Source: an uncultured Verrucomicrobiota bacterium
GTDB taxonomy: Bacteria; Verrucomicrobiota; Verrucomicrobiia; Limisphaerales; SXQI01
Assembly: GCA_964566945.1 (NCBI GenBank)
Contig: CAZMKE010000008.1
Location: 81,222 to 145,221, forward strand
Direction of reading: 5' to 3'
DNA: 64,000 nt
Notes under the pieces: generated by a model
What the model was told of the DNA's origin: nothing
What the model saw: only the letters and a program-made list of their open reading frames with translations
Databases searched by the model: none
Part shown: one piece after another, positions 1-8,471 of the stretch
Layout: the number at the start of each line of letters is the position of its first letter
Position numbering within the stretch: the first letter of the stretch is position 1
Position numbers and translations under genes: made by a program

Positions 1-552
1 CATTCCAGCACCGAGCTCCTGGCATTTGTGAAAGGTTACCTCGCGAATGCCGCCGCGGATCATGGAGGATCAAGCCTTTCGCTCACCGCGGTGGATCCCG
101 CCGTGCTGGCGGCCGGGGTGGCGGGGCAGTACCAGGCGGCGGCGCGCCGCAAAGAGATCACCCTGGTTTTTGAAAATGCCTCGGCCAATTCGATGGTCCT
201 GGCGGACTGCGCCGCGCTGGGCCAGGTGCTGGACAACTTGATCTCCAATGCCGTGAAGTTTTCGCCGCCCGGCAAAACGATCCGGGTGCGCCTCTCCCCG
301 GACGCGGAGGCAATCGAGATCCGGGTGCAAGACGAAGGCCCCGGCTTTACCGAGGAAGATCAGGCGAAGATGTTCCGCCGCTACGCGCGGCTCTCCGCCC
401 GGCCGACCGCGGGGGAGCCATCGAGCGGGCTGGGCCTGAGCATCGCGCGCAAACTCGTGCACGGAATGAACGGCGAGCTGACGTGCGAAACCCGGCCGGG
501 CGAAGGCGCGACGTTCTGCGTGCGCCTGCCCCTGGCGAAGGAGACAGGCTGA
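1..552 (+). CDS. sensor histidine kinase, C-terminal HATPase_c domain (5' end lies outside the window)
   Basis: The frame is open from the window edge. It has an N-box LDNLISNAVKFSPPG, a G1 box DEGPGF and a G2 box GLGLSIARKLVHGMNGEL. The stop is 4 nt before the response-regulator ATG. Confidence 0.85.
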   Translation, partial: HSSTELLAFVKGYLANAAADHGGSSLSLTAVDPAVLAAGVAGQYQAAARRKEITLVFENASANSMVLADCAALGQVLDNLISNAVKFSPPGKTIRVRLSPDAEAIEIRVQDEGPGFTEEDQAKMFRRYARLSARPTAGEPSSGLGLSIARKLVHGMNGELTCETRPGEGATFCVRLPLAKETG

Positions 553-555
553 GCG

Positions 556-1923
556 ATGACCTTTCTCGTGATTGATGACGACAAGACCTTTCGCGATGCG
601 ACCTGCTTCGTGGTGGAAGAAGAGGGCCATGAGGCAGACGGCGCTGACTCGGGCGCCGTGGGACTGCAGCGATTGAGCGAGGAGCGATTCGATGCGGCGT
701 TTCTGGATCTCCAACTCGGAGCGGAAAACGGATTAGACATCCTGGCCGAACTGCACAAGCGCCACCCCAATCTGCCCGTGGTGATGATTACCGGGCAGGG
801 CAACGTCAAGACGGCCGTCGAAGCGATGCGGCGGGGCGCGGTGGATTTTCTGGAAAAGCCATTCCGGCGCGAGCAATTCCACACCGTCCTGGCGCGGCTG
901 CAGCGGCTGCAGAAGATGGGCCAGCAGATCGAAAAACTGGAGCGGGACGTCACGGAAACGAAGGCACAAAACGCCGAAACGATCTTCGACTTCACCACCT
1001 CGCCCATGCGCGAAGTAATGGAAACGCTCGGACGGGCGGCGGCAACGCCCGCCACCATCCTGATCCTCGGAGAAAGCGGGGCGGGCAAAAGCGTGGCCGC
1101 GCGCGCCGTACACGAGCGCAGCCACCTGGCGGATAAACCCTTTGTGACGGTGAGCTGTCCCAGCCTGTCCCGGGAACTTCTGGAGAGCGAACTATTCGGG
1201 CATATGCGCGGTTCCTTCACTGGAGCGGTGAAGGATCATTGGGGGAAAGTCAAAGCAGCGGAGGGAGGCACGCTGTTCCTGGACGAAATCGGCGACCTGC
1301 CTCTGGAGATTCAGCCGAAGCTCCTGCGCCTGCTGCAAGAGCGTGAATACGAGCGCCTGGGGGAGAACATCCCGCGCCGCGCCAACGTTCGCATCATCGC
1401 CGCCACGAATCGCGACCTGAAAAAACGCGTGAGCGACGGTTCGTTTCGTGAAGATCTCTTCTTCCGCCTGAATGTCATCACCGTGGAGATGCCTCCCCTG
1501 CGGCAGCGCGCCAATGACATCCTGCGCTTTGCAGTCCATTATCAGGCGCACTTTGCCGCCCAATGCGGGCGCAAGCTGAGCGGATTCTCCGAGGATGCGC
1601 TGGCGTTTCTCCTCCACCATCCGTGGCCGGGCAATTTGCGGGAATTGCGGAACGCCATCGAAAGGGCCGTGATCATGGCTCGGGGCAGCGAAGTGACTGC
1701 GGACGATCTCCCCCGGGACAGCCATCTCGCGGAAACCGCCACCGAGACCGGTGCGGCAACGGACGCTCTTTCCGTTGGAAGCCCAGTTTCCCTGGAGAAG
1801 CTCGAGGAAGCCCACATCCGGGCGGTTTTGCAAAAGGCCGGCGGGCTGTCCGAAGCGGCGGCGGTCCTGGGGATCGATCAAGCAACACTTTACCGAAAGC
1901 GCAAGAAGCTGGGCCTGGAATAG
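556..1923 (+). CDS. sigma54-dependent response regulator (NtrC/ZraR-type enhancer-binding protein)
   Basis: It has an N-terminal REC domain (VIDDD...FLDLQLG) and an AAA+ domain with Walker A GESGAGKS. The GAFTGA loop is present as GSFTGA and Walker B as GTLFLDEIG. The C-terminus carries a Fis-type HTH, AAAVLGIDQATLYRKRKKLG. Confidence 0.92.
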   Translation: MTFLVIDDDKTFRDATCFVVEEEGHEADGADSGAVGLQRLSEERFDAAFLDLQLGAENGLDILAELHKRHPNLPVVMITGQGNVKTAVEAMRRGAVDFLEKPFRREQFHTVLARLQRLQKMGQQIEKLERDVTETKAQNAETIFDFTTSPMREVMETLGRAAATPATILILGESGAGKSVAARAVHERSHLADKPFVTVSCPSLSRELLESELFGHMRGSFTGAVKDHWGKVKAAEGGTLFLDEIGDLPLEIQPKLLRLLQEREYERLGENIPRRANVRIIAATNRDLKKRVSDGSFREDLFFRLNVITVEMPPLRQRANDILRFAVHYQAHFAAQCGRKLSGFSEDALAFLLHHPWPGNLRELRNAIERAVIMARGSEVTADDLPRDSHLAETATETGAATDALSVGSPVSLEKLEEAHIRAVLQKAGGLSEAAAVLGIDQATLYRKRKKLGLE

Positions 1924-2032
1924 CCTCCTGAAAAACCCTCCGCACCGGGAACGGTCGCGAAACCATCGCGAGCCCGGGCCATCTCAATGAGACCGCCCGA
2001 GCCCGCGAGTCGAACACGACAGAACAGAGTCT

Positions 2033-2533
2033 TTACGGCGCGATCTTGTCGCTCAGCCATTGGCGGGCGTTGTTCACGCCGTCCTTCACGTCATCGACCG
2101 CCTTTTTCATGCCGGATTTAAAGTCTGCCCAGGTTGACTCGGTGGAATCTTTGGCCCCGTCGAGCTTTTCTTCGACCTTGTCCAACTGCCCGCGCAGTTG
2201 CTGAATTTTCGTTTTAGCCTCCTCCTTGGCGGCGGAGGTAGAACTCTCGATTTTCGCGGCGAGAGCGTCGAGATCGCGCTTCATGGCGCTGACTTGCGCG
2301 TGCATCCTCGCCCGATATTCGGTCCTTTGAGCAAAGCTGTAATCGCTCACCGCTTCGGCGGCCTCCTGGGTGTCCTTTTTGGCCCGGTCGAGCGCGGAGG
2401 ACGGGGATGAGGCTTCCTCGTTCACCTCGGGCGGGGCCATGTCCACAGCGGGCCTGCAACCCGAGACGCCGATCGCCACGACAAAAGCCACGGTGGCGGA
2501 AGCGATAATTTCCAGGGTAGATCTGTTTTTCAT
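2033..2533 (-). CDS. lipoprotein with Ala/Glu/Lys-rich helical repeats (hypothetical, stress-operon member)
   Basis: The ATG at 2533 gives MKNRSTLEIIASATVAFVVAIGVSGC, a signal peptide with a lipobox. The 5' extension of the 241-aa track ORF overlaps the DUF1328 gene in another frame, so I rejected it. Confidence 0.65.
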   Translation of the reverse strand: MKNRSTLEIIASATVAFVVAIGVSGCRPAVDMAPPEVNEEASSPSSALDRAKKDTQEAAEAVSDYSFAQRTEYRARMHAQVSAMKRDLDALAAKIESSTSAAKEEAKTKIQQLRGQLDKVEEKLDGAKDSTESTWADFKSGMKKAVDDVKDGVNNARQWLSDKIAP

Positions 2534-2562
2534 AAGCACTCCTTTTGTAAATTGTTTCCCGT

Positions 2563-2718
2563 TCAAGCCTTGCGCGTGATGAGTGAGGCCAGGAACAGCA
2601 CCAGGAAAATGACGAAGAGCATCTGCGCAAATCCCGTCGCAGCGCCCGCCACGCCGCTCAGTCCGAGAGCTCCGGCGACGAGAGCGACGATCAAAAATGT
2701 GACAGCCCAACTTAACAT
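2563..2718 (-). CDS. DUF1328 / UPF0391 small membrane protein (51 aa; below the ORF-track size cutoff)
   Basis: Hand translation gives [51 protein letters not shown]. This matches the two-TM YtjA-like DUF1328 pattern (MLxWAxxFLxxAxxAxxxGxxGxAGAAxxxAxxLFxxFLVLF). The length is 156 nt including the stop. Confidence 0.8.
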   Translation of the reverse strand: MLSWAVTFLIVALVAGALGLSGVAGAATGFAQMLFVIFLVLFLASLITRKA

Positions 2719-2806
2719 AGTTTTCCTTTGATTGATGGTTTAGGTCTGCGGATCTCAAGGATCCTGTCTGAAAAGGCCACCGCGCAACTGACGCGCGGGA
2801 ACTCGC

Positions 2807-2941
2807 TCACTGAGTCTTCTCTTGAATCTTCTCGCCCATCTTTTCGATATCCTGGCCAGCCCCGTGCGCGGTGTGTTTGCAACCGGAAGCCCCGCCGAGA
2901 ATCAAAACGGAGGCGAAAAGGGCAAAAGCAAATCGTTTCAT
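2807..2941 (-). CDS. entericidin EcnA/B-family small lipoprotein (44 aa; not in the ORF track)
   Basis: Hand translation gives MKRFAFALFASVLILGGASGCKHTAHGAGQDIEKMGEKIQEKTQ. A lipobox is followed by GC-x3-A-x-G-x-G-x-DI, as in E. coli EcnA (GCNTARGFGEDIKHLG). Confidence 0.7.
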   Translation of the reverse strand: MKRFAFALFASVLILGGASGCKHTAHGAGQDIEKMGEKIQEKTQ

Positions 2942-2980
2942 GAGAGTCCTTCTTCCCTGAAAAGCTGGAGATGTGAATGA

Positions 2981-3178
2981 TCAGTGCCCACAACCGCAAT
3001 CCGTGACCACGCGCTCGATCTCCTCCTTGGTTTTTCCGGTCCGCTTTTGGATCCGGCCAATCAACTCATCCTCCTTGCCTTCCACGTACTCGAGGTCGTC
3101 CGAAGTAAGCGTGGCAAACTTCTGCTTCAGCTTGCCCTTAACGATGTTCCAGTTTCCTTTGATTTGAAGCGTATTCAT
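2981..3178 (-). CDS. CsbD-family general stress protein
   Basis: The 65-aa protein reads [49 protein letters not shown], which is the canonical CsbD signature. Confidence 0.9.
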   Translation of the reverse strand: MNTLQIKGNWNIVKGKLKQKFATLTSDDLEYVEGKEDELIGRIQKRTGKTKEEIERVVTDCGCGH

Positions 3179-3246
3179 ATCCGTAATCTTTCTTCTCGAT
3201 GTTTTGTCGACTGCTTCCCGCGCTTTGCGGCGCGCCGAATCTCTTC

Positions 3247-3262
3247 TGCAGATCGCGTGCCG
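3247..3262 (-). promoter_or_regulatory. putative sigma54 (-24/-12) promoter for the csbD-ecn-DUF1328-lipoprotein operon
   Basis: The minus strand reads CGGCACGcgatCTGCA, against the consensus TGGCACG-N4-TTGCA. The GG-N10-GC spacing is exact. The site lies about 70 nt upstream of the csbD ATG. Confidence 0.6.
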
Positions 3263-3332
3263 AGCACTGGAGAAACGAAGGCACCCTGATGATCAGTGGT
3301 TTGAGCCGGATCAAGCACGCCCCGCCGTTTCC

Positions 3333-3348
3333 CGGAATGCATTTTGCA
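3333..3348 (+). promoter_or_regulatory. putative sigma54 (-24/-12) promoter for the AI-2E transporter gene
   Basis: The plus strand reads CGGAATGcattTTGCA. The GG-N10-GC spacing is exact and the -12 TTGCA is perfect, but the -24 element is weaker. The site lies about 130 nt upstream of the ATG at 3478. Confidence 0.4.
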
Positions 3349-3477
3349 CGACCGTGGGACGGGACGGGTTGCATTGTGCAAGCAACGACCGGATTGCCCG
3401 CTCCAAAATGCCTGGTTTGAGCGCAAGTCGTTCGTGGCGCAGATGGCATTCCCCAAGCTCAAGGAGTGAGCAAAGCC

Positions 3478-4677
3478 ATGATGACCGGAAATGTTCAGAT
3501 TGATGAGACGAGTTTGGCCAGGTCGGCGCCGAGCGAGCTTCGTTCTCGGGCGAACGTGGCCGCCACCGCGCAGGTCGTGTTCATCATCCTCGCTGCGTTC
3601 GGCTTCGCCTACGTGGCGAGAGCGGTGGTGCTCCCTGTGCTGCTGGCGTGCGGCCTGGCCATTACGCTGAAGGCTCCCATGGATTGGCTGCGGCAGTGCC
3701 GCCTGCCAGCCCCGGTGGCGGCCGCGTTCGTGGTGGGAGTGTGTGTGGCGGCCGCCGCCTTCAGCGCGGTTCACCTCGGGAGGCCGGCGGTGGAGTGGCT
3801 CTCGGCGGCGCCCGAAAACCTGCCCCGAATTCAGGAAAAATTTGGACAACTCCTGCGCCCGGCGGCCCGATTGACCCGGGCGGCGTCGACCGTTTCGAAT
3901 CTGGCGGCGTCCGAACCCGCCCGAGCACCCCAACCGGTCGAAGTAAAAGACAACCATGTGGCCAACACGGTTTTCACCTGGACGAGCAGTCTGCTGGCCG
4001 GCGCGGTCGAGACGGTCGCCCTGCTCTTTCTGTTACTGGCCGCGGGCGACCTGTTTCTCTACAAGCTGGTGCGCGCCCTGCCGCGCCTGCGCGATAAGAA
4101 GCAGGCGGTGGAGATCAGCCGGCAGATCCGGCAGAGCATTTCGACCTATTTGTTCTCCGTGAGCCTGATCAATATCGGTTTCGGGTTGATCGTGGGGCTG
4201 GCGTTTTACGTGATCGGCATGCCAAACGCCATGATGTGGGGCGGGGTCGCAGCGTTCGCGAACTTCATTCCCTACATTGGCCCGACGCTCTGCATGCTCG
4301 CCATCGCCCTCGCTGGTTTGCTGGCTTACGATACCCTCGGCCAAGGCGTCCTCCCCGTGGCCGCCTACGGCCTGGCTCACCTCGTGGAAGCTTTCGCCGT
4401 GAGCCCCCTGGTCCTGGGACGGCGGTTCGCGCTCAATCCAGTCGCCATTTTTCTAGCGCTGATCTTTTTCACCTGGCTTTGGGGGATGCTCGGGTCCGTC
4501 TTTTCCATGCCGCTGCTGGTGACCGCCAAGGTCATCTGCGATCGCGTCCCTTCGTTGGGCCTGGTGAGCGAACTTCTCGCACCGGGAGCGGCCCCGGACA
4601 GCGCCTCGGAAGCGAAAGCGCCGTCCATCCCCCGCGAATTGGAACCCTGCTGCGGCCCTACGACTGTTCCATCGTAG
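3478..4677 (+). CDS. AI-2E family transporter (PerM/UPF0118)
   Basis: It is a multi-TM protein with the family's conserved block GLIVGLAFYVIGMPNAMMWGGVAAFANFIPYIGP. I prefer the ATG at 3478 because AAGGAG sits 11 nt upstream. The track's GTG at 3466 overlaps that SD. Confidence 0.85.
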   Translation: MMTGNVQIDETSLARSAPSELRSRANVAATAQVVFIILAAFGFAYVARAVVLPVLLACGLAITLKAPMDWLRQCRLPAPVAAAFVVGVCVAAAAFSAVHLGRPAVEWLSAAPENLPRIQEKFGQLLRPAARLTRAASTVSNLAASEPARAPQPVEVKDNHVANTVFTWTSSLLAGAVETVALLFLLLAAGDLFLYKLVRALPRLRDKKQAVEISRQIRQSISTYLFSVSLINIGFGLIVGLAFYVIGMPNAMMWGGVAAFANFIPYIGPTLCMLAIALAGLLAYDTLGQGVLPVAAYGLAHLVEAFAVSPLVLGRRFALNPVAIFLALIFFTWLWGMLGSVFSMPLLVTAKVICDRVPSLGLVSELLAPGAAPDSASEAKAPSIPRELEPCCGPTTVPS

Positions 4678-4760
4678 CACGCCTGGCGCATCGTGACTTG
4701 TGCGGCGGGCGAAGTTTGGGCAGTCTGATCGCCGAGATGGTTAGAATCAGCTGTTGTTCT

Positions 4761-5624
4761 ATGCGCATTTTCTTTGCCGTGTTCTGTCTGTCCGTGGCCA
4801 CTGCGATGCAGGCGGCCACGCTCAACCTCGATCCCGCCCGGAGCCAAATCACGATCAGCGGGAATGTGGCCGGGTTCAAACTCTCCGAGCAAGGGCCAGG
4901 GAGCCTGACGACGACAGTTGGGGGAACGGTCGACATCACGACCCTCGGCGGCCAGATCCAAATCACGGGGGCCACACTGGATGTGAATTCAAACGGAAGC
5001 TGGGCGCCCGGGCTCAATGGCCAGGCAAAGTCACCCGCCGATCTGGCAGGCCAGGCGAGCACTTTGTTCGGCCCGATCACCGGGGCTTTCCGGGATCTGG
5101 TGGTGAATGCAATCGGCCCGGTCAAACCGCTCGCGCCGAACGGCCAGTTTGACGCCTCAGCGATCGTCTTCAGTTTTCCGCTGAATTCCACCTCGGTGCT
5201 GGACTATGATTCGTTTATCACAGGCGCCGGCCACCAGAACCTCGCCGGGGGGGGCACGAACCAGGCGGCGACGGTCGGCACGCTGATCGACAGCAATGGA
5301 ACGCAGACCCTGACCATCGGGCTCAACGCGACGTTTTTCTTCACGCTCGCCATTCCGAACGACACCGCGCTGACCCTGACCGGGCAGTTGGTGGCGACAA
5401 GCGCTCCGGCCGCCACACCGCCGCAAATCAGCGGAATTCAATTCACGAACGGGCTGGCCATCATCACGGCGACGAAGACCTTGCCGACCACCAAGGTGGA
5501 AAGCACCCGCACGTTCAACGGGTGGACCTCCGAAAGCCCGATCGTGACGGTGATCGACAGTTCCACGCGCACGTTTACGCTGCAGTCGGCGGACAAGTTC
5601 CGCTTTTTCCGTCTGGCGAATTAG
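4761..5624 (+). CDS. secreted hypothetical protein with a C-terminal FRFFRL tail
   Basis: It has the signal peptide MRIFFAVFCLSVATAMQA. The ATG at 4737 is an alternative start. The first 170 codons of the 462-aa track ORF overlap the AI-2E gene and were rejected. The protein is Thr/Gly/Asn-rich and looks beta-rich. Confidence 0.6.
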   Translation: MRIFFAVFCLSVATAMQAATLNLDPARSQITISGNVAGFKLSEQGPGSLTTTVGGTVDITTLGGQIQITGATLDVNSNGSWAPGLNGQAKSPADLAGQASTLFGPITGAFRDLVVNAIGPVKPLAPNGQFDASAIVFSFPLNSTSVLDYDSFITGAGHQNLAGGGTNQAATVGTLIDSNGTQTLTIGLNATFFFTLAIPNDTALTLTGQLVATSAPAATPPQISGIQFTNGLAIITATKTLPTTKVESTRTFNGWTSESPIVTVIDSSTRTFTLQSADKFRFFRLAN

Positions 5625-5775
5625 TTCGGAAGCATTCCGCCGGAGGCGGAGAGGGCGCGCCAAAAGGGCCGCAAGAACTCACCGGCTTTTCCCAATAAAC
5701 GGTGGGAAATTGCCATTCAACGCGCGGGCCTCTTTTGATAAGGATGGATTCTGGCGTCGCAAACGCCGTAGAGCC

Positions 5776-7065
5776 ATGAAACGCCTTCTTCTATTGAGCC
5801 TCGCGTGCGGCCTGGACCACGCAGGTTCGTTGCCAGAACTGACCGTGCCTTCGACCGTCGGGATCAACATTCACTTTAATCGGGGCCACGAGCGGGACCT
5901 CGACCTCATGGCGGAGGCCGGCATCCGAATCGTGCGCATGGATTTCGGCTGGGCCGGGATCGAACAGAAGCGGGGCGAGTACGACTGGTCGGCCTACGAT
6001 GAACTGACGGCCCACCTGCGCGAGCGGCAGATGCGGCCTTACTACATCCTCGATTACTCGAACCCGCTCTACGAAGAAACCGTCGTGAGCAAGAATCCGC
6101 TGAACGGGGAAGAGCAGCGGGACACCGCATCGCCGCAACACCCGGAGAGCATCGCCGCTTTCGCGCGCTGGGCTGGCGCGGCCGCCGCGCATTTTGCCGG
6201 CCAAGGGATCATCTGGGAAATCTGGAACGAGCCGAACATCAGCTTTTGGAAGCCGAAGCCGGATGTCGCGCAGTATATCGCCCTGGCCAAGGCCGCCAGC
6301 AGAGCCGTCCGGGAGGCCGATCCGCAAGCGATCCTCACCGGCCCGGCCACGTCCGAGGCGCCGGTGAAGTTTCTGGAGGCGTTTTTCCGTTCCGGGATTC
6401 TCGAGTCGCTGGACGCGGTGAGCGTTCATCCGTATCGAAACTATCGAAAATCACCCGAAACGGCGGCCGAGGATTACAAGGCACTGCGCGAGCTGATCAC
6501 CCGCTACGCGCCGGCCGGGAAGAAGGAGATGCCGATCCTGAGCGGCGAGTGGGGATACGCGTCGCATGCCAAAGGGGTGCCGCCCGAAACCCAGGCCTGC
6601 TTTCTCGTTCGGCAGCAGCTTTTCAATCTGGCGCAAAAGATCCCGGTCTCGATCTGGTACGATTGGAAGAACGACGGATCGGACCCGACGGAACGGGAGC
6701 AGAATTTTGGGATTGTCACCGAGGACCTGAAGCCCAAGCCGGCCTTCGAGGCTTTGCGGACGCTGACGCGCGAATTGTCCGGCTGCAAGCTGGCGGTCTC
6801 GATCGCCACGGGCCGGGATCAGGACTATGCGCTGCTGTTCACCGGAGGGCTGGCGGGGGCAAAACCGATCCGGAAATTGGCGCTGTGGACAACGGAACCG
6901 GCGCACGACGCGGTGCTGGAGGATGCGCGCTTCGGCCAGGGGTCGGCGGCGGCGGTCAACGGCTTTGGAAGGCCAGCCTCGCTCACGGTGGAGACCGGGC
7001 GCCTGAAGCACACGTTCCATCCCCTGCCCGACTACGTGGACCTGGCCGACGTTTGGCAGCCGTGA
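5776..7065 (+). CDS. secreted glycoside hydrolase, clan GH-A (GH5/GH39-like)
   Basis: It has the signal peptide MKRLLLLSLACGL. The acid/base motif is IWEIWNEPN and the nucleophile motif is ILSGEWGY, consistent with a TIM-barrel cellulase-like fold. Confidence 0.75.
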   Translation: MKRLLLLSLACGLDHAGSLPELTVPSTVGINIHFNRGHERDLDLMAEAGIRIVRMDFGWAGIEQKRGEYDWSAYDELTAHLRERQMRPYYILDYSNPLYEETVVSKNPLNGEEQRDTASPQHPESIAAFARWAGAAAAHFAGQGIIWEIWNEPNISFWKPKPDVAQYIALAKAASRAVREADPQAILTGPATSEAPVKFLEAFFRSGILESLDAVSVHPYRNYRKSPETAAEDYKALRELITRYAPAGKKEMPILSGEWGYASHAKGVPPETQACFLVRQQLFNLAQKIPVSIWYDWKNDGSDPTEREQNFGIVTEDLKPKPAFEALRTLTRELSGCKLAVSIATGRDQDYALLFTGGLAGAKPIRKLALWTTEPAHDAVLEDARFGQGSAAAVNGFGRPASLTVETGRLKHTFHPLPDYVDLADVWQP

Positions 7066-7081
7066 ACGTGCGGCTGGCCCG

Positions 7082-8470
7082 CTAAAGTTTGCTGACAATC
7101 CAGCGGTGCTTGCCGGCGGGAGTCTTCTCCACTTCGCGAACCGCCCGGAACTCGACCTGAAAATCATCGCCAAGCTTGCGCAGGATGCCGGCCTGAATCG
7201 CGTCCAGCCGGGAGGAATGGAACTGGGGCCCGGCAATGTAGCGGAACTCGGCAAAGCCGGGGCGTTCCTGGTAGAACTGCACCGCGTAGAGATGATCGAA
7301 AATCGCGTCGTGCATGTTGAACGCGGTGAGAGAAATCTTTCGGCCGGTGCCGCTGACGAGGAATTCCTGCTCGCGCCCGGCAATTTCACTGGCAGCCGGC
7401 ACGGGGTATTCGAGAGAGGCGCCCTTCTCGGCCAGACGGACGTAATCACCGGTCCGATACCGGATGAGAGGCATCACCAGATTATGGAAGGAAGTGCCGA
7501 TCACTTCGCGCAAGCCATCGGCGGTGGGCGGGCCAAATTCCACGTAGCCGTATTGGGGGACGAAATAGCAGGCGGTGCTTTTCCGGCCTTCCGCCGCGAG
7601 AATCACGCGCTCGGAGTGGCCGTACCAGCTGTAGGCGCGGCATTGGAAGGTTTTCTCCAAGAGCTTGCGCTGGGGCTCGGTGAGCCGTTCGGATCCGCAG
7701 AGAACTCCTTTGAGCGGCAGGTTCCATGTTTTGCCAGCCGCCTGCAGATACTCGACAAATTGCAGGGCGGAGGAGGGATAGACGTAGAGCAGATCCGGAC
7801 GGAATTGCTCCAATTCGCGGAGGTAAACGGGGATGCGCTCGGGGGAAAGATGATACGAGGAAAGCATCAGCCAATCGCGAGTGGCATCGTAGGAACTGAT
7901 GGCCCCGGCCGCTCTCGAACTGGTCACCTGGCCACGAAGCAGCGCGAGACGGGCGCCATCAAAATAACCGGCGCGCTTCCACATCGATTCGAGAAAGGCC
8001 TGCTCCTTCGGCCGGCTGATGCCGCGCTGCAGATAGAATCCGACCGGCACGCCGGTGGACCCGCCCGTGGTGATATAAAGCCGGGCGGATTCAGGCAAAG
8101 CGCGGGAAACCATTTCATCGCGATGCTGCAACAGGTCGCGCTTCTCGAGCGGAGGGCACTTCGCCAGATCGTCAAAGGAACTGAAACGGGAGGCGTCAAA
8201 ACCGGACTGGCGAAACCGCTGCTGGTAAAACGGGCAATGCTCCTGCGCATGGACGAGCACCCGCCGCAGTTCCTCGAACTGGAAATCGTGGATTTTCCGG
8301 CTGTCCCAGCCCTCGCCTTCTTCCGCCAGCGCTTTGAACTCGCGGTAGGACTGGCCGCGACGAAAGCTTTCCGGCAGCTGGCGGTAAACAAAACCGGCCG
8401 CCCACTTGGGACCGCGCGGCAGGCGCTCGTAGACCGAAAGGAGCGGATAGAGCTTGTCTTCGAGGCTCAT
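7082..8470 (-). CDS. CapK-like adenylate-forming enzyme (phenylacetate-CoA ligase / coenzyme F390 synthetase family)
   Basis: It carries the AMP-binding loop LYITTGGSTGVPVGF and family-typical blocks YPSSALQF, GSERLT and IRYRTGD. The ATG at 8470 lies 1 nt after the stop of the upstream DUF362 gene. Confidence 0.75.
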   Translation of the reverse strand: MSLEDKLYPLLSVYERLPRGPKWAAGFVYRQLPESFRRGQSYREFKALAEEGEGWDSRKIHDFQFEELRRVLVHAQEHCPFYQQRFRQSGFDASRFSSFDDLAKCPPLEKRDLLQHRDEMVSRALPESARLYITTGGSTGVPVGFYLQRGISRPKEQAFLESMWKRAGYFDGARLALLRGQVTSSRAAGAISSYDATRDWLMLSSYHLSPERIPVYLRELEQFRPDLLYVYPSSALQFVEYLQAAGKTWNLPLKGVLCGSERLTEPQRKLLEKTFQCRAYSWYGHSERVILAAEGRKSTACYFVPQYGYVEFGPPTADGLREVIGTSFHNLVMPLIRYRTGDYVRLAEKGASLEYPVPAASEIAGREQEFLVSGTGRKISLTAFNMHDAIFDHLYAVQFYQERPGFAEFRYIAGPQFHSSRLDAIQAGILRKLGDDFQVEFRAVREVEKTPAGKHRWIVSKL

Positions 8471-8471
8471 C

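Noticed and set aside
1940-1985. A nested palindrome, CCGGG...TCGCGAaaccaTCGCGA...CCCGG, between the convergent EBP and lipoprotein genes, considered as a terminator.
   Set aside because: It has no U-tract on either strand, and TCGCGA is self-complementary by itself. It may function, but I cannot support the call.
4236-4760. The N-terminal 175 codons of the 462-aa track ORF, which extend the secreted protein upstream.
   Set aside because: The extension overlaps the 3' third of the AI-2E transporter in another frame. It is Arg/Pro-rich and places the obvious signal peptide (MRIFFAVFCLSVATAMQA) internally.
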